From contig MU004181.1 in the NCBI GenBank assembly GCA_010093605.1, forward strand, positions 3,100,001 through 3,164,000: DNA of 64,000 bases, in the 5' to 3' direction. Source of the stretch: Lophium mytilinum (Eukaryota). The position numbers and the translations under genes are program-made. Positions within the stretch are counted from its first letter, which is position 1, and every line of letters starts with the position of its first letter. This document shows positions 24,151 to 37,072 of this stretch, one piece after another. The notes under the pieces are model-generated. The model saw only the letters and a program-made list of their open reading frames with translations, made no database searches and was not told the DNA's origin.

Positions 24151-27100
24151 CTAATCCTCGTCGGAGGTGAAGACTTCCTCGCCACGCTGGAGATGATGTT
24201 AGCTTTTGTCAATGTGGAAAGGGTATTGAGGGTGCGTAAACTAACCTTGCGACGGGCCATACGGTCCTTCTTCTTCTTCCGCATCTCAGCGCTAGTGAGC
24301 TTCTTCTTCTTTCCGCCTCCGGTAATCTTGTTACCCATGGCATCGAACTTCTCCTCTTCTTCGCCCTTCTCGGTCAACCGAGGTCCGGCACCCTGACCTT
24401 GCACCCAGTTGTGGCCGGAAGGAGTCATCTTTCCGTCCATGACGGCCCAGACTTCCTCAGTCAGATCGCGAGTGAACTCGGCGGAGTGAGTGATGATGAT
24501 GACACCACCCTCGAAAGCCTTGATGGCCTTGGAGAGCGCTCCAAGGGAGTCACGGTCGAGGTAGTTGGTAGGCTCGTCCAAGACGATCAAATGCGGTCGC
24601 TGCCACGAGCAAGCGGCGAGGACGACCTTGACACGCTGACCACCAGACAGACCACGCATACGGGAATGGGACACAAGCTCAGCATCGAGACCGAAGTTGG
24701 CGCAGTGAGACTCAATCTCCTTTCGGACGAGAGGACGGAACTGACCGCTTGCAAGGGCCTCCTTTTGATCGACCTCAGCAACCATTTTGGCGTGCGAGGC
24801 AAGGATCTCAGTTCGCGGAATCCAGGCGTTGTCAGCAGTCATCATGGGCGTCCAGCGCTCGTTCTTCAACCCAATGTTCTCACCAAGAGCGAACGAACAC
24901 TCATACTCGTAGGAGTTCTTGAACTTCCTACGCGAGTGGATACCGATGACTCGTCGAGGGGTGTTCTCAATCTTGTAAACCTTGTCCATGGCCTTCTCAT
25001 CCTCGTCGGTGATGATCTTGTTGGCACGGTCCATGGTCTCGCGATCCTCACCAGTCTGGAAACGCCACTGGATGTACTCCGAGGGAGTGGAGTCAAGATG
25101 GTGATCGATATGGGCGAAAGCGTGTTGCTTGATGTAGGCGATACGGATGTTCTCGTGCTGATAGACCTCACCCGCTGTTGGGATGAGCTCACCAGTCAAG
25201 ACGTTGACGAGAGTAGATTTGCCAGCACCATTGGGACCGATGACGGCAATACGCGAACCGAGCGAGCACTGGAAGGAGATACCAGAAATCTGGGGTCTTG
25301 GGGTACCCTCGTACTGGAAGCTCATGTTGGTGACACGAATGATGGCCTTCGCCTTGGTCTTGACACCCTCGAGGAAACCGGGTTCGGGGAACTTGAACTC
25401 CATATCGGAAGCGCTGAGCTCATGGTAGGACTTGGCAGATGGAACACGCCTGACGAACTCAGAGAGGTTACCACGATAACGCTTTAGCTTGAAGCGCTCA
25501 TAGTGGATAACATGTTGAACGACGTTGTCCAAGAACTTGCTGTCGTGAGAAATGATGATGGATGTGCAGGGCGAGTTGACGAGGTACTGTTCTAGCCACT
25601 TGACGTTCTTGACATCCAAATGGTTGGTAGGCTCGTCCAGCAACAGAATATCAGGAGATTCGAAGACAGCACGGGCAAGAGCCAACTTCATCTTCCAGCC
25701 ACCAGAGAGCGAAGTGATGGGTCCAGCGTACATCTCCTCGGAGAAACCGAACTCGAGGAGTGTGGCCTCGACATCTTTCTGAGAAGTGTTGATGTTAACG
25801 CTAGCAAGCTTCTTGAGTGTCCACTCAATGACAGTCTGTTCGGTGTCGGCGGAGTCGAGATCGTGCTCGACGTAGACGGTCTTGACCTCGCTCTGCTTGG
25901 GGAAGCCCTCGACCTGCTCGTTGTTGATGGCGCGCATGAGGGTTGTCTTTCCGGAACCGTTGGGTCCTAGAAGGCCGTAGCGCTGGCCACGCTTCAGACG
26001 GAGATGCGTTTGATTTAGCAGAATCTTGGCACCATAAGCCAAGTTGAATGTGCAGTTGCAGAGGTCCTCGCCCTCTTCCTCATCAGGCTCAACCTCGTTC
26101 TCCTCAGCAGCACCAGGAAGGCTCTTCTTGCGGAGGCTGTCGGCAACTTCCTTGGCTACCTCATCACCGGCAACAGCACCAATGTAGGCGATGGTGTTTT
26201 GTTCCCAGCTGTACAGCTCGTGGTCCTTCTCGTCTATAAGCTGGCCACCAATGGCGGCAATGTAAGTAAGAATTGGGTCGAACTTGGCATCGGCCTTGGT
26301 CTTGGAAGGAAGCGACTGCTTCAAGCTAGCAAGAACAGTGGCGATGTCACCAGCTTTTGAAAGCTCGGGGATCTTGCCATCCTTGACGTCTCCGACGCGG
26401 ATGAGGGTGTCTAGACCCTGGCGGGTCTTCTCACGAGCCTCGGGGTCGGCGAGGGTGTCGAAGTTCGATTCGAGCTTGGGCATCAGCTTGGGCAGGAAAG
26501 CGGCAACGATCTGGGGATCCTCGACGAGCTTGCACATGTTGTCGATGATGACGGCGCTCTTTCGCTTGATGGCGGTCTCGCGTTCGACGAGACCACGCTC
26601 GAGAAGAGGCACCATGATAGCCAATGTAGGCTCGTGGACGTCGGTAACGAAAGTAGTGGCACCGAGCAAGTGAACAGTTTCGGGGACGTTCTCTGGCTTG
26701 GCGATACACTTGATCAGCTCGGGAATAAAGCGCTCAATATCTTTGTTGGAAATGAGAGCACAGAGCTTCTCCATGGTAGCGTAGGCGGCCTTCTTGACCT
26801 CGGGCTTTGTGTCCCACATGGCCTCAGAGATAACGGGAATCAGGTCTGGCACGCGGTAAGCCAGCTGAGCCGCAGAAGTCTTGCAGAGGATCTCGATGCA
26901 CTGGAGATCGATCATCTTTTCGGGCCACTTCTGGGTAGTGCGAAGCGAGTTGATAATGGCCGGGATAACGACCTTGACGGCGTATGGGTTCGAAGCCTCG
27001 ACGATGGCCTTGGAGGCAGACTGAGCGGCCACCTTGACGGGGGTCATCTTATCGGCGACAGCGGCCAGCGTGCTGGGGAGCAGGCTGACGAGGTATGGTT

Positions 27101-27507
27101 CGATGGCAGGAGAGACGGTGCCATGCTGGGCAATGTTCTGGATGGCATTGAGAGCGCGTTCCCGGGCGTTGGCATCCTTCTTGCTGGCAAGCTGCTTCTT
27201 CAACAGCTCGACGAACCTGTTATCTGCTGTCAGCGGGGCGTTCCTGCAATATTGCGACGGTGCGGACGAAGCGAGGTCTCCGGAATGTGCGCGTAGGCGG
27301 GAAAACTTACTTGTTGGGCACTTCGCCCTCCTCGATGTCGCCGTTGATGAAGGTGGCCAGGCCCTGCGAGGCAGCGTTCACTTCATCCTGGGTCTTCGAG
27401 ACGGTCAGCTTGGAGAACAGGTCGTCGAGGACCTTGAGCGATTTTGAGTTTTCCGCCTTGACGGTGGCGGGGTTGTGGGGGGCGGCCATGTCTGCTGCTG
27501 GAGCCAT
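24151..27507 (-). CDS. YEF3: Fungal translation elongation factor 3 (eEF3)
   Basis: HEAT region plus two ABC cassettes ([32 protein letters not shown]) and a Lys-rich tail. Introns near 27310-27217 and 24246-24187; the last exon is [11 protein letters not shown]. Confidence 0.97.
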
Positions 27508-27855
27508 GTGTGTGTGTATGGGGGTCGAGTCGAGGGCGTAGTGAAAAAGTTTTGTGCGGGCGATAAGGCTTTTATAGAGGGGCGGCGGGCGGTCAAAGGC
27601 GCTCTGACTTTGAGCGCTCTGATAGTGAAAGAGGGCGCTCTAGTGGGGTATCTCGGACGTGCAGCGACGCGGTGGAGACGCTCTGCGCTCTATGCAAGTG
27701 CAGAGGACAGACGGTCGGGGCAAGGAGAGCAGGCCTGGTGTAGGCACGAGGTGAGGGGAGAGAGGGTGGTGAGAGGGAGAAGGCAAAGGACGAGGGGCTG
27801 GCTTTTTGAACTGCCTGGCGAAAAAAAAGTGGTGCACGGGCCAGGCCAGGACCGT

Positions 27856-27981
27856 GGTAAACTGTCACCAGCTAGGTAAAGCGTCCCATCAGAATCAGAG
27901 CGTCTTTGCAGCCGCCTACGGTAAACTACCAGGCACAGCGCCCATCAGAATCAGAGTATCCGTAGTATCTTTGCAGCCCGC
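27856..27981. repeat. Imperfect tandem duplication (~60 bp unit) upstream of eEF3
   Basis: GGTAAACT...CCCATCAGAATCAGAG...TCTTTGCAGCC occurs twice. Confidence 0.6.
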
Positions 27982-29721
27982 TCCATTCACCATGTCGAAT
28001 TGCACATGACTCCCATGTGAGCCGAGTGTCTAACCGTGGAATGCTTCACCTTTGCGATGATTCGAGGATCCACCAATTACTCGAGGATGATTCGAGAAGT
28101 TATTTCGCCACCTAGAACACCCCCGGGTACTGACCATCCTGCGTGCAAGCTTACGGACGCCATATTGGGGGCTCTGATACGCAGCATGCCGAGCCTCTCC
28201 AGGATCCCGCCTTGAATCCACCAATCCAGCTCAAGCCTCGAGGCATCGCCTGCGAGGGACGAAGCACAGCCGCCGGTGTTGCAACTAGAACCTGTCCATT
28301 TTCGTCTTCTGGAACGGCCCTAAATTCCTCTCTGCACACACATTTCGAAACGGCCCCTCGGTAGGCCAGCTCGAGTCTTCGATCGCATGCCCGGATGTTT
28401 CCCGGATGTTACTCCCTTGGGCATCTGGCCCGGGAGGTACTCGCCGCTCCCAACAAACTACTCTGTGGCAACTAGCTCGCCCTAGCTCGAGCGACCAGGT
28501 CGGCAGCCGCGCCGAAGTCTTCGAGAAGGTCGTGGGAGCGGTGAGCGGAGGCCCAATGGCATCCCCGCCATCAGCCAGATGCATGAAACCTTAGATGTAC
28601 CAGATTCACTATCCGAGGACGAACTAGCTATGCCCGTCTAAGCATGCGATGGATGAATGATTGGGCTAGAAGGGGTGAGACGGTTGGAATTCTGTTGTCC
28701 CAGCAGCTTCTGTTTCCGGCTGCCTCAGTATCATATAGGTTTAAAGTAGTAATTCATTTCTAAAGAACATTCTTCCCATACTCTTCAGTGAACGTGTTTT
28801 CTTGCACCGAGGCTCGAGCCTCTTCTTATGACCGGCCAGCAGGACCTTGACACACGCAATCTAGATCCACGTTACGCACAGATTCGCGTTCCCCGAGCCA
28901 GCCATTTCCCCTGCCCTGGCAATCGTAGCCCTGCAGCCAAAGTCCTCGAATCACCACTCATCACTATTTTGATCACTCTCTCGCTTGATCCGTAGCCTCC
29001 CTCACCGCCCACCGCCAAACAAATCGGCCTATACCAAGGCCATGGTGCACAGATCCTCCCCCAAGTCTACCCGTCGTCCTCGATAAACCCCAGGTTTCCC
29101 CCACATAAGCACGATAAGATACGCACTCCACATCACGCTTGCGCCGATAGCAGCGCTGTGGCGTTCTGCTCGCCGCCTCGAGCGCTTTCGTGTCCAAGGG
29201 CCGGATGCGCCACTCAGGCTAGGGGTATAGAGTACAAAGCCTCGAACATTGGCCTTGTGGTCTTCCTTCAATGATGAAGAGAATCGAATCCTATTATTAT
29301 ACACGCTCTGAACGGCAAGTCCAGACTAGAAGAAAGTGCTTGGCGTCGTTATCATACATGTCGTGTAACTCCCTGATCGCCACGTGATGTATCGTTCATT
29401 GTGTATGGGGCATGTTATAAGACTGAGTGCGTTGCATAAACGATATCGCGTGTCACGAGCATGTGCTTTGCAGGCTTAGATCTGGTAGAGACAAGATTGG
29501 AGGTACTTTACGATACAGACAACACGATCTACACGCGAAGAACGACATCACAGCCCCGACGCTCTACGTGCATGAAGCTACACCCTTGAATTCCAGTCCC
29601 AGCCCAGTTCCAGTCCGAGGCCCAGAGAGTTCCCGTTGTACAAGCGCTGGAAGCAAATAACCCCGTCCTCGTTATCGCCACCTCTTCAACTCCACACTCC
29701 ACATTAATCGCTTTTCATAAT

Positions 29722-31046
29722 TCACGGGTTCGACTTGACAAAGTCAATGCCCTTCTGGATGTTGCCCTTCAAGTCGCCCAAGCAGACATCGAGGAGCTTC
29801 TGTTCGTAGTCGGTGATCTTGCCGACGGGGTGGATCTTCTCCACGCCGTTGGGGCCGAGCTCCACGTTGGAGGCGAAGAATTCGACGCCCTGGTCTTTGT
29901 ACAAAGGCGAGTCAACGAAGGTAGGCTCGATGACGTTCTTCTGGCCCTGGGAAGCCTTGAGCAAGCTCTCGGCGAAGCGGGCACCAGCCATGGCCATGGA
30001 GAGGGTTGCGGAGCCGGCACCGTCCTTGGCCTGGACGACCTCGTCACCACCGAATTGGACGCGGCGGACGTACTCATCGAGAGTAGTGCCGGTGAGGCTG
30101 TAGCCGGATTGCGAGAGGAGAGGAACGATGGTGGCGCCGGAGTGTCCACCGACAACGGTGATGTTCTCGTTGGCCGGATCGGTGTTCTTGAGCTGGGAGA
30201 TGAAGCGGGAAGCGCGGACGACGTCGAGGGTGGTGACACCGAAGAGACGCTTGGGGTTGTACACACCCCGGGCCTTGAAGACCTCGGCGGTGATGGGGAC
30301 GGTGGAGTTGACCTATATACTATGAGTACGGAGTCGTCGGACACGCTTGGAATGGTCGATTGTGCGTACCGGGTTAGAGATGATCAAGATGTTGGCTTCA
30401 GGAGCGTGCTCGGCAGCCGCCTTGGCCAAGTCTCGCACAATCGAGGCATTCGTGTTGAAGAGATCTAGAAACGTAATCAGAGAAATTTGCGCGAGAAATT
30501 GCTTGAGACCTTACCATCACGGGTCATGCCGGGCTTGCGAGGCACACCAGCGGGAATGAGAACGATCTCGCTGCCCCTCAGAGCATCGCCGAGTCCAGAG
30601 GGTGTGGGGTCATATCCTCGAACCTTCGCATGTTAGCCATTGATGCCATTCCACACTATCCTAGCAATCCATACCTCGCTCTTGGTGTTGATGTGTCCAA
30701 TGTCCGCAGCGACACCTGTGTTGTTCCAGCGTCAGACGTGCACACTTGACGACCCGGCCCAAGGGAAGCTGTACCTGGAGCTAGACGGATATCGTAGAGA
30801 GCGAGCTGGGAAACTCTCGGGTTGAGCTTCAATAGCAGCGACAGAGGCTGGCCAATGCCACCGGCAGCACCGAGGACGGTGACCTTGGATGCCTATAAAC
30901 CGAAGAATTAGCTTCAATGCTATGGGTGTTGAGAACCCGGCGGGATGCTCTAAAAGCAATACAAGCCGAGGCCGGCGTACCTGGCGGGTAGAGGCAGAGA
31001 AGGACCGCCTCTGGACGGCTCCGAAGACGTGGCGGGCGGTGAACAT
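29722..31046 (-). CDS. MDH1: Malate dehydrogenase, mitochondrial
   Basis: Presequence [65 protein letters not shown]; five introns. Confidence 0.96.
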
Positions 31047-31245
31047 GATGTAGAGAGTGGAGTTGGAGACGGGATGCAAGAATTGGGCGGTGGGATGGAG
31101 GGATGGAGGTGTAGTCGGAAGTGGTGCTAATTTTTGACGAGCACCTGGCACAGAGACGGGGAGCTATGGGCGCACGGCGGCAGCCGGAGCGAACAAAAAA
31201 GCCTCATAGTCGCGGCACACAACACCACGCCCAGCATCACCACTC

Positions 31246-31359
31246 TGTTAGATTATGACAATCACCCACAGCAATCAATGCTAGTAGCAAACAGGGTCGT
31301 TCCATATACATAATGTAGCGTCCCAACCCAATATTAGATGCTACGGCCTACAATCAACA
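31246..31359 (+). repeat. 5' LTR
   Basis: TGTTAG...ATCAACA, 109/114 identical to 31810-31923. Confidence 0.9.
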
Positions 31360-31809
31360 GGTAATAAGCCCGGCTTTATTTAACGCTGCCGCCTAAGCCT
31401 CAGGTCGTCCGCCTGTTCCCACTGCAGGGTGTTACTAGCAGATCTTTTCCACGTCCACCATTATCAGCATGCTTTCCTAGATGCCTTCTTGGATGCATTC
31501 CTAGATGCACTTCCTAGATGCATATCAGCCATCGTCATTAGATACCGCCATCGCCATAGGATACTAGCCATCACCACAAGATGTTAGTCATCATTACAGG
31601 TTATCAGCCATCATCAATACCGGACGCCTCTCTTCTTCACCATTACATCAATCCTGCCTGCCATCATTATAGGATGCTGCTTCTCTTAGCCATCACACGC
31701 TCTTTGCTGCACTCATCGGCATACGCTCCTTTCTATCTTTTATCACTAGATACTCTCCATCAAGGAGGTTTCCCACCATTATTTCTTGCTGTAAGCGCTT
31801 AAGAGGGGC

Positions 31810-31923
31810 TGTTGGATTATGACAATCACCCACAGCAATTAATGCTAGTAGCAAACAGGGTCGTTCCATGTACATAATGTAGCGTCCCAACCCAATATCA
31901 GATGCTACGGCCTGCAATCAACA
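31810..31923 (+). repeat. 3' LTR
   Basis: TGTTGG...ATCAACA, 109/114 identical to 31246-31359. Confidence 0.9.
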
Positions 31924-32431
31924 CACTCTCATTGTCCATTATTGATTGAGTGAGAGAAATCTAATCGTACCAGTTAGAGGCACCACTGCCCTTTCAAGCT
32001 AGTCAATCTAAGTCCGTAAAGCACTGACCGCAGCAATCGGCTGCCATGCACTTGGCTGCTCCTTATCAGCATTTAGTTAGGCGTATCTTCAAGGTGACAC
32101 TTCTTCGCACAACCTGCTGTTCTTCTATCTTCATTGTTGTGATTCCTGCGGTTTGCCGGCCTTGAAACTTTTCCACAAGCCTTCCCCATACAAGTCGGTA
32201 CCCGGCATACCAAAACACCGGCATCGAGACGGGCTTCGGTAGTGGCGATCCAGCATCCGATATTTCGTGCTTTCATCAACACCACTATAACTCAATCGAA
32301 TCTCGCCAATTGATCGTACTCGCGATCTTCAAACTCATTCCATCTCATTATCTAGCTACGACTTCTTAGGTCTTTGATAACTCATTTTCATCACTCTCTC
32401 TGCGCTCAAAATCTTCATTCGCTCTATCACG

Positions 32432-33109
32432 ATGAACTTCCTCGATTTACCGCGCGAGTTGCGCGACAACATCTACGCTTACGTCCTTACTTCGTCGACC
32501 TCTCTTCGTGCCGAGAAGCCCCCAACCAATTCCGAGTCCGGCCTCTCTCGCACGCGTCTGGACACAGCTATCCTACGCACCTCTCGGCTTATCCACGACG
32601 AATCTAGTGAGGTTCTTTACAAAACCAATAGGTTCCGCCTTGGGAATATCTTCTATACCACGCCTCTGGATAACCTCTTGAAATATTTCTTGTGCACAAA
32701 CACTTACGGGCACCACGTTCGGTCCATCCATGTCTACTACCTGTACGACTGTCTGGTGCCTAGTGATAAGCGTTCCGACACTCCTTCGGGTGTTTGGGAG
32801 CGCATCCGGGCCGACGCTCAGGTCCTCGTGTCCCTCTTCCCTAACCTACGTACTTTGCAAACAACATGGGGCTTTGGGTATCAGATGCAATATTTCCCGT
32901 CCTGCCCATTTCCCAAGAAAGGGACGAAGGGTCATGAAGAGATTGTAGAAGAGACTTTAGGATGGCTAAGGGGGTGTGTGGCAGAAGATGGAGTGTCGTC
33001 GCCAGAGTGCTTGAAGCTTGAGTGGCGATTCTGGAACAGAGCACAGCAGGTTGACCAGGAGGCGTTCGACGAGGCGTTAGAACTACTCAAGAAGGAGGAT
33101 AAGCTTTGA
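32432..33109 (+). CDS. F-box-like domain hypothetical protein
   Basis: Intronless 225-aa ORF beginning FLDLPRELRDNIYAYVL, with LRTSRLIHDESSEVLY..NRF, a common ascomycete F-box-like pattern. Confidence 0.8.
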   Translation: MNFLDLPRELRDNIYAYVLTSSTSLRAEKPPTNSESGLSRTRLDTAILRTSRLIHDESSEVLYKTNRFRLGNIFYTTPLDNLLKYFLCTNTYGHHVRSIHVYYLYDCLVPSDKRSDTPSGVWERIRADAQVLVSLFPNLRTLQTTWGFGYQMQYFPSCPFPKKGTKGHEEIVEETLGWLRGCVAEDGVSSPECLKLEWRFWNRAQQVDQEAFDEALELLKKEDKL

Positions 33110-33442
33110 GAGTTGACGAGTTGATTGAGTGAACTTGGAAAAGACTGTTTGTGAGCTTGTATGCGGTGCGTTTTCGAAGAACTTGATGGTTTATAATGTA
33201 AGTATATTCAATTTTCCCGGCATGGATTTCCAAGTCCCTCTCGCTGAACAACTACTGACAGAGCGTTGAAGTCTGCAAAGGGAGCATCCGCTTTGCTGAG
33301 CCCCTAGCATGCGGCTCTTATTGTAGTGTTCACCGCTTCGTCAACCAATCGGCCGCAGATGATTCGGCCGACGCCTTGACCGAAGCATACACATCAGAAT
33401 AGAAGATTTTTGTGCTGCACTCTGAAACAAGTGGGGAAAGAG

Positions 33443-33842
33443 CCTCGGTCCAGGGAGACGCAAAGCCATGCAAAAAGGAGTATTGGCGGCTAAGTTACCT
33501 AGGTAGATAGAATTCCTTAAGACGAGTAAATAGAGTTCTATTAGCTTAGATTATACATTCTATATAGCTTATCAGATTGTATATATACTCTCTAATTTGT
33601 ACAGTGAGGCTGGTCTGTGCATAATGGCTCTGGCGGGGAGTCAAGTGCCAAGACTCTGGATGGATGGATGCCACCGCCCTGATGAGGGCTAAATACACGG
33701 TGCTTCAGATGACTAGATATAAAAATGGTACAATTCACTCTGCTAAAGGTACATGGCCGGCTCAGCGGCCCAAGCGTGCGAGGGTGATCACGCGTCTCAT
33801 GAACATTTCCGTGGCAGCTGGCGATGATCCGAAGGGCCGAGG
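33443..33842. promoter_or_regulatory. Two candidate FarA/FarB (Ctf1) fatty-acid response motifs upstream of carnitine acetyltransferase
   Basis: CCTCGG at 33443-33448 and CCGAGG at 33837-33842. This is the known Far core motif and fits the gene's function, but hexamers also occur by chance. Confidence 0.45.
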
Positions 33843-33954
33843 TTCAACGTGCTCACTGCCCTCACGTCGCGCGAGCTAATATTTCCCGTGCCTGCGCCTT
33901 CTCGCGGTCTTCGCTCCCTCCCACCCTGCATCGCCCGTCTTGAAAGTATTTAGC

Positions 33955-36222
33955 ATGTTCAATGCAGTAGCCAGAGGCCGAGCAACTGCGTCGTCCCTCT
34001 TCCGTCGCCGCCTCCTACCCCAAACCTCCCCCAAGGTACCGCACCTCACCGCGGCTTACAGACTTCTTAGTTCCTAACCTTATATTGCAGTTCATCACCA
34101 TGGCTCCAGTCAACGCGCGGCAACAGTCTACGCTTCCTGCTGGTAAGTCGATGACAAGGAACCCCCAGCCAGATCATTCACGCGCCGAGACCCCTCCACT
34201 CTGATATATGACGGAATGCTAAGACTCGACAACTCAGGCTACAAGGAAGATCACGCCAAGGGTGCGATGCTTCGCTTTGAGGACTCTCTACCCCGTCTCC
34301 CGGTCCCAACCCTCGAAGAAACCGCAAAACGGTACCTCAAATCCGTGCACCCGCTGCTAAGCAAGCCCGAGTTCGATGCTACCACAAAGGCCGTCAATGA
34401 CTTTGTTGCCCCTGGAGGTCCTGGTGAAACACTACAGAAGCGCTTGATTGCACGGAGGGAGGACCCCAATGTACGAAACTGGATCTTCGAGTGGTGGAAT
34501 GATGCGGCATACATGGCCTACCGGGACCCTGTGGTTCCGTATGTCAGCTACTTCTACTCTCACCGCGACGACCGGAAACGAAGGAACCCCGCCAAGCGCG
34601 CTGCTGCTATCTCAACCGCTGTTCTCGAGTTCAAGAAGTCGGTAGACAGCGGCTCATTGGAGCCTGAGTATATGAAGAAGCTCCCCATGGCCATGAGCTC
34701 GTACGAGTGGATGTTTAACTGCTCTCGTGTGCCAAAGAAGCCTTCGGACACGAGCGTCAAGTATCCAGCCGAGGGCAACGCACACATCTTGGTCATTCGG
34801 AAGAACCAGTTCTGGAAAATTCCACATGAGATAAATGGCCAGCAGCTGAACACAAGCGAGCTGGAGCTGCAATTCCAGCGGATATACGAGAAGGCAGAGA
34901 AGAGCGCACCCATTGGTGTTCTAACATCTCAAAACCGAGATGTCTGGACCGACGTAAGTTGCCTTTTTACCGGTGTCGTAGGACTAGGGTGCTAGGCAGC
35001 ATGTGAATCTAACGATATTTTAGGTATACCAACGTCTCAGCGCCTCGGACGTCAACAAGTCAGCCTTGCAAGCCATCGAATCCGCCTCGTTTGTCGTCTG
35101 CCTAGACGACGCATCTCCGGTCACTCTAGAAGAGCGTGCCCACCAATACTGGCACGGCGACGGCTCTAACCGCTGGTTCGACAAGCCCCTCCAATTCATC
35201 GTAAACGACAACGGCACATCCGGCTTCATGGGAGAGCACTCCATGATGGACGGAACCCCCACGCACCGCCTAAATGACTACACAAACGAGCTCATCTTCA
35301 CAAACGCCCTCGACTTCGACAATCCGAACGTCCGGTCCAGCCTCCCCACGCCAACCCCAATCCGCTTCGAGCTCTCCGCCGAGCTGAAGACCGACGTCGA
35401 GGCCGCGCAGCAGCACTTTGCCCGCCAGATCGGCGCGCACGAGCTCCGCGTCCAGGCCTACCAAGGCTACGGCAAAGGGCTCATTAAGAAATTCAAGTGC
35501 AGCCCAGACGCCTATGTCCAGATGATCATCCAGCTCGCTTACCACAAGTTCTACGGCAAGAACCGCCCCACGTACGAGTCTGCGGCCACGCGGCGCTTCC
35601 AGCAAGGCCGCACCGAGACGTGCCGCACCGTGTCAGACGAGTCCGTCGCCTTCTGCAACGCCATGGCTGACCACTCGGTGGCGCCAGAGCAGGCGCAGAA
35701 GCTGTTCCGTGACGCGCTCAACGCCCACGTCAAGTACATTAGTGACGCTAGTGATGGGCGCGGTGTTGACAGGCATCTGTTTGGCTTGAAGAAGTGCCTG
35801 AAGGAGGGCGAGGACGTTCCGGGGCTGTACAAGGACCCTGCGTACAGCTATTCGAGCTCGTGGTACATCAGCTCGAGTCAGTTGAGCTCGGAGTACTTCA
35901 ACGGCTATGGGTGGAGTCAGGTTATCGATGACGGATGGGGGTGAGTGGACTCCTTTGCCTTGTTTTGTCTGCCTTTTCGTCAGATGGAGTGCTAACCTGA
36001 CATGCAGAATTGCCTACATGATCAACGAGAACAGCCTGCAGTTCAACATCGTGAGCAAGGGCCTTGGATCTGTAAGTTTGCTCTTCTCTATACTGCGAGT
36101 CTATTGAATGTATGTGCTAATTTGCAACACAGGAGCGCATGTCTTTCTACCTCAACGAAGCCGCTGGCGACATCAGAGACCTCATGGTCCCGACGCTCGA
36201 GGCCCCCAAGGCGAAGTTGTAA
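33955..36222 (+). CDS. CAT2: Carnitine O-acetyltransferase, mitochondrial/peroxisomal (AcuJ/Cat2 type)
   Basis: SLPRLPVPTL, NRWFDKPLQF, catalytic EHSMMDG, TYESAATRRF..GRTET; Arg-rich exon 1; C-terminal AKL* (PTS1); five introns. Confidence 0.95.
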
Positions 36223-37072
36223 GCTATCATATCAGGATTGCAGCAAGCGGTAGTCCGTCTGATCCTTTTATTGCGTGTATGTATGATACGGACGGATTCT
36301 GCGTTACGGGAGTGTGACGAAGTAGATGAGCGGTCCTATGTGGGTGACGCTAGATACAGTTCGAAGCGATGGTAGACAAGTGCCACTGCGAAACGACCTA
36401 GCTGTTTGGAGGACTTGATTGATATGATCCATGTGGCCGTGGCCGTAGTGCTTTCTCTACTATGCCATTATGCAGATCATAGACCAGCAGTTACCGAAAC
36501 CTGGCCTTCAATCTACTTGAATTAGAACACTTAAAGCTGTAACCAGACTTGTGGTCAACTAACCCATGTGATTGGTGCTAATTATGCGAGCGTCAGACCG
36601 TAAGCAACATTTCCGAGGACTGTGAGAGGCAGAATGCCACGACCACGTGAGTATGAGTAAGCACATCACGTGCTGTCACGGGACAAGTGTCCAGGTTCGA
36701 GTCTACAGTACCTGTAAAGCTATCTATACCCCGATCTAGCCTCATGGGTCTGCTATCAACGGTACACAAACATCTTCCAACCCAGGAGTTGCGAACCTTA
36801 TCGTGCTTTCACACCTCACTAGGGGCACAGCGCACACGCAAGATGATGGTGGGTACTTCGTGGGGATAGTCAGCCATTGGACCAGTTCCGGAGATGTAAA
36901 GAAGTACTATTAGACATTTGGAAGGGTGTAAGTGGACGCAGTTTGCCCAAACTAGCCTAGAGATGATCCGCCCAACGCATCGTTCTTCACTGACAGCGGG
37001 CATGCCATTCCGACACCCTCCATCATCGTTCCTAGCGTGCCATCACGTCAGATAATAGCCATCCCATCTGTA

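Larger units (their letters stand above)
31246..31923 (+). mobile_element. Non-autonomous miniature LTR retrotransposon (TRIM-like, copia-type PBS), 678 bp
   Basis: Two 114-bp TG...CA LTRs (31246-31359, 31810-31923); 5-bp TSD CACTC (31241-31245, 31924-31928); PBS-like GGTAATAAGCCC directly after the 5' LTR; purine tract AAGAGGGG before the 3' LTR; no recognisable coding domain. Confidence 0.92.

Noticed and set aside
24399..27447. Long plus-strand ORFs opposite eEF3 (similar ones lie opposite MDH, medA and the 48542 gene)
   Set aside because: Antisense shadows caused by strong codon bias.
29271..29311. ATGATGA...CTGA, possible C/D box snoRNA
   Set aside because: Boxes only about 40 nt apart, and no recognisable rRNA guide.
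33480..33600. Short AT/TpA-rich patch, possible RIP relic
   Set aside because: No termini or repeat partner found; too short to call.
1227..36222. Possible functional cluster (two translation factors; MDH, CAT2, ARH1, carrier)
   Set aside because: Unrelated housekeeping genes interspersed with others; no biosynthetic backbone enzyme or shared regulator visible.
36660..36715. GGTTCGAGTC B-box-like motif suggesting a tRNA
   Set aside because: No T-stem (CCAGG cannot pair with CTACA), and no acceptor stem or cloverleaf.
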